Part shown: positions 1 to 8,644 of the stretch, piece by piece
How positions within the stretch are numbered: the first letter of the stretch is position 1
How the letters are laid out: every line of letters starts with the position of its first letter
NCBI GenBank assembly: GCA_963745075.1
Contig: CAVUWV010000019.1
Span: forward strand, 41,248-105,247
Direction of reading: 5' to 3'
Length of the DNA stretch: 64,000 nucleotides
Source of the DNA: Candidatus Hydrogenedentota bacterium
Lineage (GTDB): Bacteria > Hydrogenedentota > Hydrogenedentia > Hydrogenedentales > SLHB01
Position numbers and translations under genes: made by a program
The notes under the pieces: model-generated
What the model was told of the DNA's origin: nothing
The model's database searches: none
Seen by the model: the letters and a program-made list of their open reading frames with translations, nothing else

Positions 1-231
1 CAGTTTGAACCCCGAAATGCGGAAGGCCATCTCGAGCTGGCCATGTTTCTGGCCAACTGTCCGCCGGTCCGTCCGGACGAGGCCGTCAAGAGCCTGTCCA
101 CGGCCCTGGAGTTTGCGCCGGCAATACGCGCGACCCTGGGACACCGGCCGGAGTTTGCCCGCCTTCGCGACGATCCCCAGTTTCAAGCGCTACTGCACGC
201 CTCCGCTGAAAGCGATTCGGGAGCCGGTTAG
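1..231 (+). CDS. 3' end of TPR-like protein (partial)
   Basis: Frame open from base 1 (QFEPRNAEGHLELAMFLA...DEAVKSLSTALE...FARLRDDPQFQALL); resembles a TPR with a C-terminal capping helix. Confidence 0.55.
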   Translation, partial: QFEPRNAEGHLELAMFLANCPPVRPDEAVKSLSTALEFAPAIRATLGHRPEFARLRDDPQFQALLHASAESDSGAG

Positions 232-252
232 CCCGCACCAAGAACGCGTCGC

Positions 253-1209
253 TCACGCGTGGGGGTGGGCGTCCCGGTAGACTTGTTTCAGACGGTCGAT
301 GCTGACGTGGGTGTAGATCTGCGTACTGGAGAGGCTCTCGTGTCCCAGCAGCTCTTGAACGACGCGAAGATCTGCGCCCGCATTGAGCATGTGCGTGGCG
401 AAGGTGTGACGCAACGTGTGAGGGGAAATGGCGCGGCGTCCGGGCAAGGCTTGGCGCACATACTGTTCAACGACGCGCTGGACGCTGCGGGTCGTGAGCG
501 GACCACCCCGGAAATTCACGAATAACCGTTCATGTTTGGGATTGCCCAGAGAACCCCTCACATGAAGATAGGCGAGCAATGCCTCCGTGGCGTAGCTCCC
601 GAGGTAGGCGATTCGTTCTTTGCGTCGTTTGCCCAAGACCACCATGGTGCCGCCGACGAGATCGAGGGAACGCAATACCAGGCCTGCCAGTTCCGCCGCG
701 CGAATGCCACTCGAATACAAGGTCTCCAGGATCGCGCGATCGCGGATCCCGAGCGGCTCGGACGTGTCCGGCGCGTCGAGCAGCGCGGTGACTTCCGGAA
801 TGCTGAGGACGTCGGGCAGATCGCGGGCAAGTTTCGGTGATTTGACGGTCTGCGCGGGATTGGTTTCCAGCTCCCCGATGCGGACGTAGAATTTGTACGC
901 GGCACGGATGGCGGCGAGTTTTCGCGCGGACGTTTTTGGCGTGCCGCCGCCCGTCTGCACGTGAGCCAGGAACGCGCGAATGTCGTTCCGCCCCGCCCGG
1001 CGCAGGGCGTCGACGGAAGCCGGCGGTCGGTCGCCCGGCTCGCGGGATAGGGAGTCGGGGCCATGGTCCACATAATCGCAGAACTGGGCAAGATCCAGGA
1101 GATACGCACGCAACGTATGCGCGGAGAACGCGCGTTCCGTTTCCAGATAATCGATGAATTGCTGCACGTACCGTCCGTTCCGTTCGTCAAGCACACCACA
1201 AAGTTTCAT
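253..1209 (-). CDS. xerC: Tyrosine recombinase XerC (start uncertain, 1194-1242)
   Basis: N-terminal SAM-like domain (SAHTLRAYLLDL); catalytic motifs LYSSGIRAAEL, GKRRKER, HTLRHTFATH, LLGHESLSSTQIYTHV; downstream of topA. Confidence 0.9.
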   Translation of the reverse strand: MKLCGVLDERNGRYVQQFIDYLETERAFSAHTLRAYLLDLAQFCDYVDHGPDSLSREPGDRPPASVDALRRAGRNDIRAFLAHVQTGGGTPKTSARKLAAIRAAYKFYVRIGELETNPAQTVKSPKLARDLPDVLSIPEVTALLDAPDTSEPLGIRDRAILETLYSSGIRAAELAGLVLRSLDLVGGTMVVLGKRRKERIAYLGSYATEALLAYLHVRGSLGNPKHERLFVNFRGGPLTTRSVQRVVEQYVRQALPGRRAISPHTLRHTFATHMLNAGADLRVVQELLGHESLSSTQIYTHVSIDRLKQVYRDAHPHA

Positions 1210-1281
1210 AGAGAGTGTGTCGGTGCGGGACGATGAAAGCAAGCGGAACGGCGCGGCACGGCCGGAAGGACCGACGCGATC

Positions 1282-3930
1282 TTACTTCGATCTCGGCTTC
1301 CGCTTCGCTTTCGGCTTGGCTTTGCGCTTGGCCGGTTTCTTAGCGGCGTTGGCGAGGAGCTCTTTTGCCTGCTCCAGCGTGACCGCCGCGGGATCGACAT
1401 CCTTCGGCAGGGAGGCGTTAACCTTGCCATTGGTGACGAAGGGACCGTACCGGCCTTCGCAGACTTCGATGGTTTTCTTCGTCTCTTCGTCCTCACCCAG
1501 GGTTGCGATGACCTTCTTCGTGGCGCGACGACTCTTTTTGGGTTGAGCAAGGAGTTCCAGGGCCCGTTCAAAGGTGATGGTATAGACGTCGTCGTCGGTT
1601 TCGAGACTCCGGAACTCGTCGCCCCACTTCACAAAAGGTCCAAACCGGCCGATGGCAGCCGTGACGATTTCACCGTTCTCGGGATGGGCTCCGAGTTCAC
1701 GCGGAAGTGAAAGGAGTTTTACTGCCAGCGCGGGATCGACATTGTGCAGGTCTGTTCCTTTCGGCAGACTCGCGCGCTTGGGTTTCTTGTTCTTGTCGGT
1801 CTTTTCGCCCAACTGCACGTAGGGGCCGTACGGTCCAAGCAGGGCGAAGATCGGTTCATTTGTTTCGGGGTGATAGCCGATGGCTTCGTTGCTCTTTTCT
1901 TTGTGCTTGAGCAGTTCGAGCGCTTTGTCCACCGTCAACTCTTCATACGTGATGTCCAGGGGAATGGTGACCGTGTTGTCCGGCCCGCCTTCGCCGCGCT
2001 GAATGAACGGCGACGTGCGACCGACGCGAACGACGATAGGCTGTTTGCTGTCCGGGTCTTCGCCCACGGGAATCGTGGGGTACTCCATCTCCGGGAGCTC
2101 GCGTTCGATCTGCGGCACCAATCCGTGGCCGAACTGGCCTTCTCCGCGATAAAAGGCGGCCAGAAAGTCTACCCAGTTCTGTTTCCCGTTGGAGATGTCG
2201 TCAAGGGCATCTTCCATGCGGGCGGTGAAACCCAGGTCGACGTACTCCTCGAAATGCTGTCGCAAAAGTTTGATGACGGCGATCGCGAGGAAGGTCGGTA
2301 GCAGTGCTTTGCCGCGACGTTCCACGTACCCCCGGTTCTGAATGGTCGACACCGTCGGGGCGTACGTGGACGGGCGGCCGATCCCTTCTTCTTCGAGCCG
2401 TTGGATCAGGGATGCTTCGGTGAACCGCGCGGGAGGCTGGGTCCGGTGCGCGTTGGCTTCAATATCCACGAGACTGAGGCCGCCGTTCGCGGCTGTTCCG
2501 GCTGAAACCTGCTGACCTTCCTCGAGATGGGGTAGTTCCGTGTCACGCTGCGCCGTGTCCGCCACGCGCAAGTAGCCCGGGAACGCCACCACCGAACCGT
2601 TGGCGCGTAGAGTGGCGGACTTGCCGTCGGCGGTGGCCGCAAAGTCGACGGTGGTCTTTAAGAGGACCGCATCCGCCATCTGAGAGGCAATCGTCCGGTT
2701 CCAAATGAGTTTGTACAGGGCAAGCTGGTCGCCGTCCAGGTACCGCGCCATCTGTTCCGGCGTGCGATCCAAATGGGTGGGGCGGATGGCTTCATGAGCT
2801 TCCTGGGCGTTCTTGGACTTCGTCGTGTAGCGCCGCGGTCCCCGGTAATAGTCTTCGCCAAACGACGATTTGACGACGTGGCCGGCTTCCGCCAGCGCTT
2901 TCTCGCTGAGCGTCAGCGAGTCGGTACGCATGTAGGTGATTACACCTTCGCGTTCGCCGCCGCCGAGATCCACCCCTTCGTACAAGCTTTGCGCGACCTG
3001 CATGGTTTTGCGCGGCGAGAGGTTAAGGTTCGAACTGGCCGCCTGTTGCAGGGTGGACGTGATAAACGGGGGCGCGGGGCGCTGCGTAGTCTTCTTCTGC
3101 TCGACCCGGACGACCCGCCATGGAAGTCCGGCCCGCAGTGACCCGGACAGCGCGTTGGCGTCCGACTCCAGGAGGTGGACGACCTCGGCGCGGGTCTTCG
3201 CGTCGTCTTTCAATTCGCCGGTCGCCGCGTCGAAATCCTTGCCCGTCGCGGGCCGGCGCCCGTCCAGTTCGACGAGTGCGGCGCTGAACACGATACCGCT
3301 CGCGGCGAGCTGGGCTTCCACACTCCAGTAGCCCGCGATGCGGAAGGCCTTCCGCTCCTCTTCCCGTTCGACGATCAGACGGACTGCGACGCTCTGGACG
3401 CGGCCGGCACTGAGTTTTGGCGCGACTTTTTTCCAGAGCACCGGCGAGAGTTCGTACCCGAAAAGGCGGTCGAGGACCCGGCGGCTTTCCTGGGCTCGCA
3501 CGAGGTCGTCGTTCACGGAGCGCGGGCTGGAAAGGGCTTCATCGATTGCGGACTGGGTGATTTCGTGAAAGGCGATTCGCTTTACCGGGATCTTGGGCTT
3601 GAGCGTTTCCAGGAGATGCCAACTGATGGATTCCCCTTCCCGGTCCTCATCGGTGGCGAGTACGAGTTCGTCGGCTTCCTTGAGCGCTTTCTTCAGTTCG
3701 GCGATGCGAGGTTTGCTCTCTTTGGAGACCACATAGACGGGGGTAAACCCATTCTCCGTATCGACCGCGAGACGCGCCCAGGGCTTGGACTTGATCGCCG
3801 CCGGAATCTCGGCTGCGGAACCCGGGAGATCGCGAATATGACCGTAACTGGCCATGACCTTGTAGTCCTTGCCGAGAAAGCGGCCGATGGTCTTCGCTTT
3901 AGCCGGAGACTCTACAATAACGAGTTTCAA
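1282..3930 (-). CDS. topA: DNA topoisomerase I with C-terminal repeats (no Zn ribbons) and Lys-rich tail
   Basis: LVIVESPAKAKTI, ATDEDREGE, SAGRVQS, ITYMRTDS, GIGRPSTYA; GPYGPY/GRFGPF/GRYGPF repeats. Confidence 0.97.
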   Translation of the reverse strand: MKLVIVESPAKAKTIGRFLGKDYKVMASYGHIRDLPGSAAEIPAAIKSKPWARLAVDTENGFTPVYVVSKESKPRIAELKKALKEADELVLATDEDREGESISWHLLETLKPKIPVKRIAFHEITQSAIDEALSSPRSVNDDLVRAQESRRVLDRLFGYELSPVLWKKVAPKLSAGRVQSVAVRLIVEREEERKAFRIAGYWSVEAQLAASGIVFSAALVELDGRRPATGKDFDAATGELKDDAKTRAEVVHLLESDANALSGSLRAGLPWRVVRVEQKKTTQRPAPPFITSTLQQAASSNLNLSPRKTMQVAQSLYEGVDLGGGEREGVITYMRTDSLTLSEKALAEAGHVVKSSFGEDYYRGPRRYTTKSKNAQEAHEAIRPTHLDRTPEQMARYLDGDQLALYKLIWNRTIASQMADAVLLKTTVDFAATADGKSATLRANGSVVAFPGYLRVADTAQRDTELPHLEEGQQVSAGTAANGGLSLVDIEANAHRTQPPARFTEASLIQRLEEEGIGRPSTYAPTVSTIQNRGYVERRGKALLPTFLAIAVIKLLRQHFEEYVDLGFTARMEDALDDISNGKQNWVDFLAAFYRGEGQFGHGLVPQIERELPEMEYPTIPVGEDPDSKQPIVVRVGRTSPFIQRGEGGPDNTVTIPLDITYEELTVDKALELLKHKEKSNEAIGYHPETNEPIFALLGPYGPYVQLGEKTDKNKKPKRASLPKGTDLHNVDPALAVKLLSLPRELGAHPENGEIVTAAIGRFGPFVKWGDEFRSLETDDDVYTITFERALELLAQPKKSRRATKKVIATLGEDEETKKTIEVCEGRYGPFVTNGKVNASLPKDVDPAAVTLEQAKELLANAAKKPAKRKAKPKAKRKPRSK

Positions 3931-4191
3931 AACGTGTTTTCCTATCCCACGGGTTGCTTAGCGACGGGCTTCGCCATTCGCATCCTGCAGCAAGTTGGTG
4001 TGTAATCCACGACGGCGACGTGACGGGGCCTTGACAGGGACCCCACACCGGTCTCCGCCGTAGAACGGAGAGACTATACCCTGTGCCCACAGATTCTGGC
4101 AATCCCTGCCCAAGGGAACCGGGCAAGAAAGTAACGGACGCCTTACCCCCCTTTTTTGGGACAGGCGTCCAGGGTGAACTCAACAAATGGG

Positions 4192-4650
4192 TTAGTGGAA
4201 GACTTCCCGTTCGCCCTCCATGACGCCATAGATGGTTTGTTGTGACTCGAAATCGCGCCCGCCACAGACCAACCACGAGATCAGGTAATCCAATTCGTCC
4301 AGCCCGATTTCACCGTCGAAATGGTTCAAGTGGTCCAAGAGCATTTCCCGTTCGGTCGGGTCGATCAACCCATACAACTCGAGGCGAACCAAAGCGTCCC
4401 TCGCGGCAGAAGAGAGCTTATATTCCTCCAACAGCGAAAGGAGCCGTACCGAACGTGGAGATGCATCAAGGACTTGTGGGCCCTTCGTAATCCGGCGACC
4501 CACCAGTTTGATGACTGCATCGATGTCTCGCTTCTTATAGCCTTGACCGGCCAACCAGGAGCGAATCCCACTTTCCGTGGGAAGCGCGTCGGGCTGTTCT
4601 TCGATATGCTTTAAGATGACGTCAACAAGCTTCGTCAGTGATTGCTTCAT
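4192..4650 (-). CDS. smg: Smg/DUF494 family protein
   Basis: 152 aa; LAGQGYKKRDIDAV, SVRLLSLLEEYKLS...EREMLLD pattern; canonical position upstream of topA. Confidence 0.7.
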   Translation of the reverse strand: MKQSLTKLVDVILKHIEEQPDALPTESGIRSWLAGQGYKKRDIDAVIKLVGRRITKGPQVLDASPRSVRLLSLLEEYKLSSAARDALVRLELYGLIDPTEREMLLDHLNHFDGEIGLDELDYLISWLVCGGRDFESQQTIYGVMEGEREVFH

Positions 4651-4846
4651 CCACGGCTCCCGTGACAGTTACTCCGGGGCACGAATCGTACTGCTTCCTA
4701 CCCGCCTGTATTTTAGGGGGCTGAGAATAGCGTGTCAACCGGATTCGGCGGTTCCTTGCCCGTGGAGCGGGACGCGAGACCGGCTGGGGCGGAGAAACCG
4801 GCTTAAACCTGACTGTGTGTGTAATCATTATTGCGATCCTAACCTA

Positions 4847-4875
4847 TTGACAGATTCTGCATTGCTCGATATTCT
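4847..4875 (+). promoter_or_regulatory. Sigma70 promoter for cold-shock gene
   Basis: TTGACA-17 bp-TATTCT about 100 bp upstream of the csp start. Confidence 0.65.
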
Positions 4876-4975
4876 AAAAGGGTGCAGGGCGGGGAATAAG
4901 GCCTGGTGGTAGATTTGAAGTGGTATGTTGCCCCGGTATCCGGGGCGGAGCTGAAGTGGGAGAGAGGGTAGCGTA

Positions 4976-5203
4976 GTGTCAGACGGAGTAACTCAAGCAA
5001 GTTTGCGCGGCAAGGTGAAGTGGTTTAACGATCAGAAAGGGTATGGGTTCATTACTCGCGACGACAGCCCGGATGTGTTCGTGCATCATTCCGCAATCCA
5101 GATGGACGGATTCCGCACCCTTCGTGAAGGGGAGGAGGTCCAGTTCGAATTGCTGGAGAGTCCGAAAGGATTGCAGGCCGTCAACGTGATGCGTGCCGAT
5201 TAG
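4976..5203 (+). CDS. csp: Cold-shock protein (CspA family)
   Basis: [38 protein letters not shown]. Confidence 0.95.
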   Translation: MSDGVTQASLRGKVKWFNDQKGYGFITRDDSPDVFVHHSAIQMDGFRTLREGEEVQFELLESPKGLQAVNVMRAD

Positions 5204-5379
5204 TCCGCATTTCTGATACGCGCAGATCGATGAGCTGCCACAACGAGGTGGGAAATGGCGCGTAGCTGCCATTGAACTTTTCGTTGCGGGTGCATAGGGT
5301 TGTGGCTGGAGCGCGCAGCGTATGGGTTGCGCGTGCACAACGCGAGAGAGTTGTCGTGTCCAGCCAAGCAGCAAGGTAT

Positions 5380-7893
5380 GTGTTTTCCCGAATCCTGTGT
5401 ACGGCAGTGCTGTGTCTTGTTTTGCCGGGAAAGGCCGACGTACCGCTCCCTCCCGATTTGCCGGCCGTGGTGTTGTGGACATCTGTCGACTTTTGCCCGG
5501 CGGAGGACGAAGCGAGAGCTTGGCGCGCCCGGGGCATCACGGGGGCCACGCTGACGGGCACCGCCGATGCGATTCGTACGTCCGCTTCCGTTCTCATCGC
5601 GGCAGGGGTTGCGCACAATTTTGTTCGATTTGATCCAGGTGCCGTAGTCACGTTCGGCGGCGACGGGGCGCGGCCGACAGCGATCGAGAAGGTACGAACC
5701 TCCGCGGAAACGGCCCATTCTATGGGAATGGCCGGTGTCGTGTTCGACCTGACGGACTTGGCGCGGGCCAAAAAGCCGGGAATCGGCAGTGACATGAGCC
5801 CCATCGAACTCGAAGGGGTGCGGACATGGGGCCGTCTCCTCGCCGAGGCGGTTCTCGACGCAATGCCGAAGGGAACGGTCCTTGTCCTGATTCCTCCACC
5901 GGGGCAAGCGTCTTCCGCGATAATCAGCGCGTTGCTCGGTATGTGCGACGAAATTGCGGCGCATAGGGGTTTCACTATTCATCTCATCGTGCCCGGCGAT
6001 GCCACGCCCGACGAAGTCCGTGGACGAATAACAAAATACCGGCGCCTGCTCAACGTGCGCGGTGCCGGTGAAGTCTCGGAAATGTCGCTCGTTTTCGATT
6101 TATCGCTTGGGCTATCGCGTCCCAAAGCTGCGTTGGACGACGAGACAAAGCGCGAGCGCATTATCGAGGCGAATATCGGCGCGGAATCCTATGTCTTCCT
6201 TTCTCCCGATTCGGTCCCGGCGCGCGCAAACGATACGCCAAAGTTGAGAGATTCGTGCGTTGCTCCGCTTGCGAATTTGGTGCGGGCGGGCGTTGCGCAG
6301 GCCGGAGGGAACCGCGCCGAGGTTCTGTGCGGTAAGGACGGCGCGGCGCTGGCCTTTTTGTCCGGTACACGGGAATCCTTCCAACTCATGGAACGTGCGC
6401 TGCCGGTCCGGGTAATTGACCTCCGAACGTTCAAATCCCAAACGATTTCGCCGAACGACGGCGCCCTTGAACTGGGGCCGTTCGCGGGCCCTATGCTGGT
6501 GGACCGGTTACAGGTCAGTAACTGGGTCGTGCCGTCGAGTCTATGGTTGGAGCGGGGTACGGTACCGCCGGGCCCGGTCCATTCCATTCCGGTTGCATTT
6601 GGTTGGGCCAACCGAACGGCGCTTCGATTCACGGGCACTTTGGAGACGGTGGTCCCCAAGGGATTTTCGTTGTTGCCCCGCACACAGGTGATTGATCTCG
6701 AACCGGGCGAATCTGTGGTGATAGACGGCACCTTGCAAGGACGTGCAACGCGCGGTACGCAGGTGGACATACGCCTGGTGCTTACCAGTCCGGGTGGCGC
6801 GCCGGCAGCCGGAAACTTTGCCGTTCCCGTCCCGCCGGATCTGTTTTGGAACGTACCCACGGGGTGGTCCTGCGACACGCCGCCCGCCCTTGTCGATTTG
6901 GACGGGGACGAAAGTGCGGAAGTCGTGGCCGGCACCCGCGACGCGCTTCGCGCGTTGGATGGATCGGGACACACGCTCTGGCAAGTTCCGGTGAACGCCG
7001 GGATTACGACTCCACCGGTGGGCGCGCGCCGATGGTCCGGGCGCAATCTCGTTGCCGTAGGTTCAAGCCGCGGGGTCGAGGCATTCGGTGACGACGGGTC
7101 TACGTTGTGGTGTACGCCGGTGCCCGGCGACGTTCGCGTAATTCGCACCGGGAATCTGACACCATTTCCGGGAGAAGAACTCGTTGTGGGTACCGGGAAA
7201 GGCGTGGTGTCCGCCCTGCTTTCGAATGGCCAAGTTCTGTGGTCCGCGCTGGTCGATGGACCGGTTTCCGATCTCGATGTGGAAGACGTGGACGGCGACG
7301 GTCGTGACGAATGCCTGGTATTGTCAGGTGGATTGACAGCGTTAGACGAGAAGGGTCACCCGATTTGGACCGCGATGGAAGGCGCGGCGCCTACGCAATG
7401 TCCGCTGTTGATTGCCGACCTGAGCGGCGACTGGAACTGGGACGTCGTGGTCGGTTTCGACGACGGCCGCGTCACCACGCTCAATGCCGGCACCGGTGAA
7501 ACCGTGAACGCCGATGAAGTACCCGCTGGTCCGATTGTGGGCATCGCGTGCGGCGAACTGTTGGAGAATCCCGGCCAGGAACTCCTGGTTGCGACGGCGC
7601 GCAGTCTCTACTGCCTTTCCCAGGACCTGACCATCCTTTGGGCGAAGGCGTTCCACGTGAGCGCGGCGCCAACCGCTATCGGCGAGGGTGAAGACGCGCG
7701 AATACTTGTTCCCACCCGATTGGGCGACTTGGTTTGTCTCGATGCAAGAGGCCAGGAACGCTGGCGTGACAAACGCGCCGGTGACTCGATTCCTTTCACT
7801 CCGTCCCTCGTCTTCTCCAACTCCGGTGAAGCGGCGGTTTGCATGTACGGTTCGTTGGATGGACACCTGCGCGCGATTCAGTTGCCGGGCTAG
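5380..7893 (+). CDS. Secreted multidomain protein with Ig-like domain and C-terminal PQQ/FG-GAP beta-propeller (ORF open from 5272)
   Basis: Signal-like VFSRILCTAVLCLVLP; DLDGDESAEVV, DVDGDGRDE, ADLSGD Ca-binding repeats; xLW blade motifs; YGSLDGHLRA end. Confidence 0.65.
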   Translation: MFSRILCTAVLCLVLPGKADVPLPPDLPAVVLWTSVDFCPAEDEARAWRARGITGATLTGTADAIRTSASVLIAAGVAHNFVRFDPGAVVTFGGDGARPTAIEKVRTSAETAHSMGMAGVVFDLTDLARAKKPGIGSDMSPIELEGVRTWGRLLAEAVLDAMPKGTVLVLIPPPGQASSAIISALLGMCDEIAAHRGFTIHLIVPGDATPDEVRGRITKYRRLLNVRGAGEVSEMSLVFDLSLGLSRPKAALDDETKRERIIEANIGAESYVFLSPDSVPARANDTPKLRDSCVAPLANLVRAGVAQAGGNRAEVLCGKDGAALAFLSGTRESFQLMERALPVRVIDLRTFKSQTISPNDGALELGPFAGPMLVDRLQVSNWVVPSSLWLERGTVPPGPVHSIPVAFGWANRTALRFTGTLETVVPKGFSLLPRTQVIDLEPGESVVIDGTLQGRATRGTQVDIRLVLTSPGGAPAAGNFAVPVPPDLFWNVPTGWSCDTPPALVDLDGDESAEVVAGTRDALRALDGSGHTLWQVPVNAGITTPPVGARRWSGRNLVAVGSSRGVEAFGDDGSTLWCTPVPGDVRVIRTGNLTPFPGEELVVGTGKGVVSALLSNGQVLWSALVDGPVSDLDVEDVDGDGRDECLVLSGGLTALDEKGHPIWTAMEGAAPTQCPLLIADLSGDWNWDVVVGFDDGRVTTLNAGTGETVNADEVPAGPIVGIACGELLENPGQELLVATARSLYCLSQDLTILWAKAFHVSAAPTAIGEGEDARILVPTRLGDLVCLDARGQERWRDKRAGDSIPFTPSLVFSNSGEAAVCMYGSLDGHLRAIQLPG

Positions 7894-7980
7894 TTAACAA
7901 TCCAGATTGCGTGGGCAAGCGGCTAAGACCCGGGGATCGCAGTGGAGTCGTCCGCAATTTCGCGTGCGACCGTGCGCAAG

Positions 7981-8402
7981 TCACGCGCCCAGTGGATTCT
8001 CCCAGCGCAAAACGGGAAACCGCTGTCCGTACTGCAAAGTGTGAGACCGTGTTCGATAGTCAAGGCCGCGAGATGCGCATCGGATACCAGGTTGGCGTGG
8101 ACATCCGACGCACTCAGTAGTTGTCCGAGCACTTCGGTGTGACGCAAGGAGGGTTGTGGATTCCAGACGGTCTTACAGGAAAGCCAATGTGCGACTTGCT
8201 GCCGGGCGCCGGGCACGGCCTCAGGCGGTTCGAAGACGCGTGGGTTTGTCATCAAGCGAACAAATGCGAGTAAGCTCTCCCACGGTAATCCGACGCGACT
8301 CTGACCATTGAGTCTACCGTCGAGCCAATCGTGAGCTGCGACATGTTGTTGAAAGGATTCGACGTGCGCGTAGAGGAGCAGATTACCGCCGACGAGAATC
8401 AC
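7981..8402 (-). pseudogene. vapC: VapC/PIN toxin, degenerate
   Basis: MILVGGNLLLYA (PIN D->G), ANLVSDAHLAAL, LCSTD; canonical tail RFPVLRWENPLGA* lies in a shifted frame with its stop at 7981-7983. Confidence 0.75.
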
Positions 8403-8644
8403 TTGTGGTCCTCGCCGTCGGCATAGGCGATGACTTCGGAGGCGTTGTCCACGTTAGGCAGACGGCAGCGCATAGAAACGGTATTTGTGCGAAATGGTTC
8501 CGGCTTCTTGCGAGGCGTCGCCATGGCGCGAAGCCCCAGCCGAAGCGCTTCATTGATGAGTTGCTTCAGACTTCGGTCTCGGGTAGCCCGAAGCCGTTTC
8601 AATTCGACTGCCACATCATCGTCAAGTGTCAAAGTTGTTCTCAT
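8399..8644 (-). CDS. vapB: VapB-type RHH antitoxin
   Basis: MRTTLTLDDDV...SLKQLINEALRLGL; 4-bp overlap with the toxin gene. Confidence 0.85.
   Translation of the reverse strand: MRTTLTLDDDVAVELKRLRATRDRSLKQLINEALRLGLRAMATPRKKPEPFRTNTVSMRCRLPNVDNASEVIAYADGEDHK

Noticed and set aside
253..1242. Tyrosine recombinase as a phage, island or integron integrase
   Set aside because: XerC-like size and motifs, housekeeping context next to topA, no att or attC array seen
4070..4087. NrdR box upstream of topA
   Set aside because: Too many mismatches (AGACTATACCCTGTGC)
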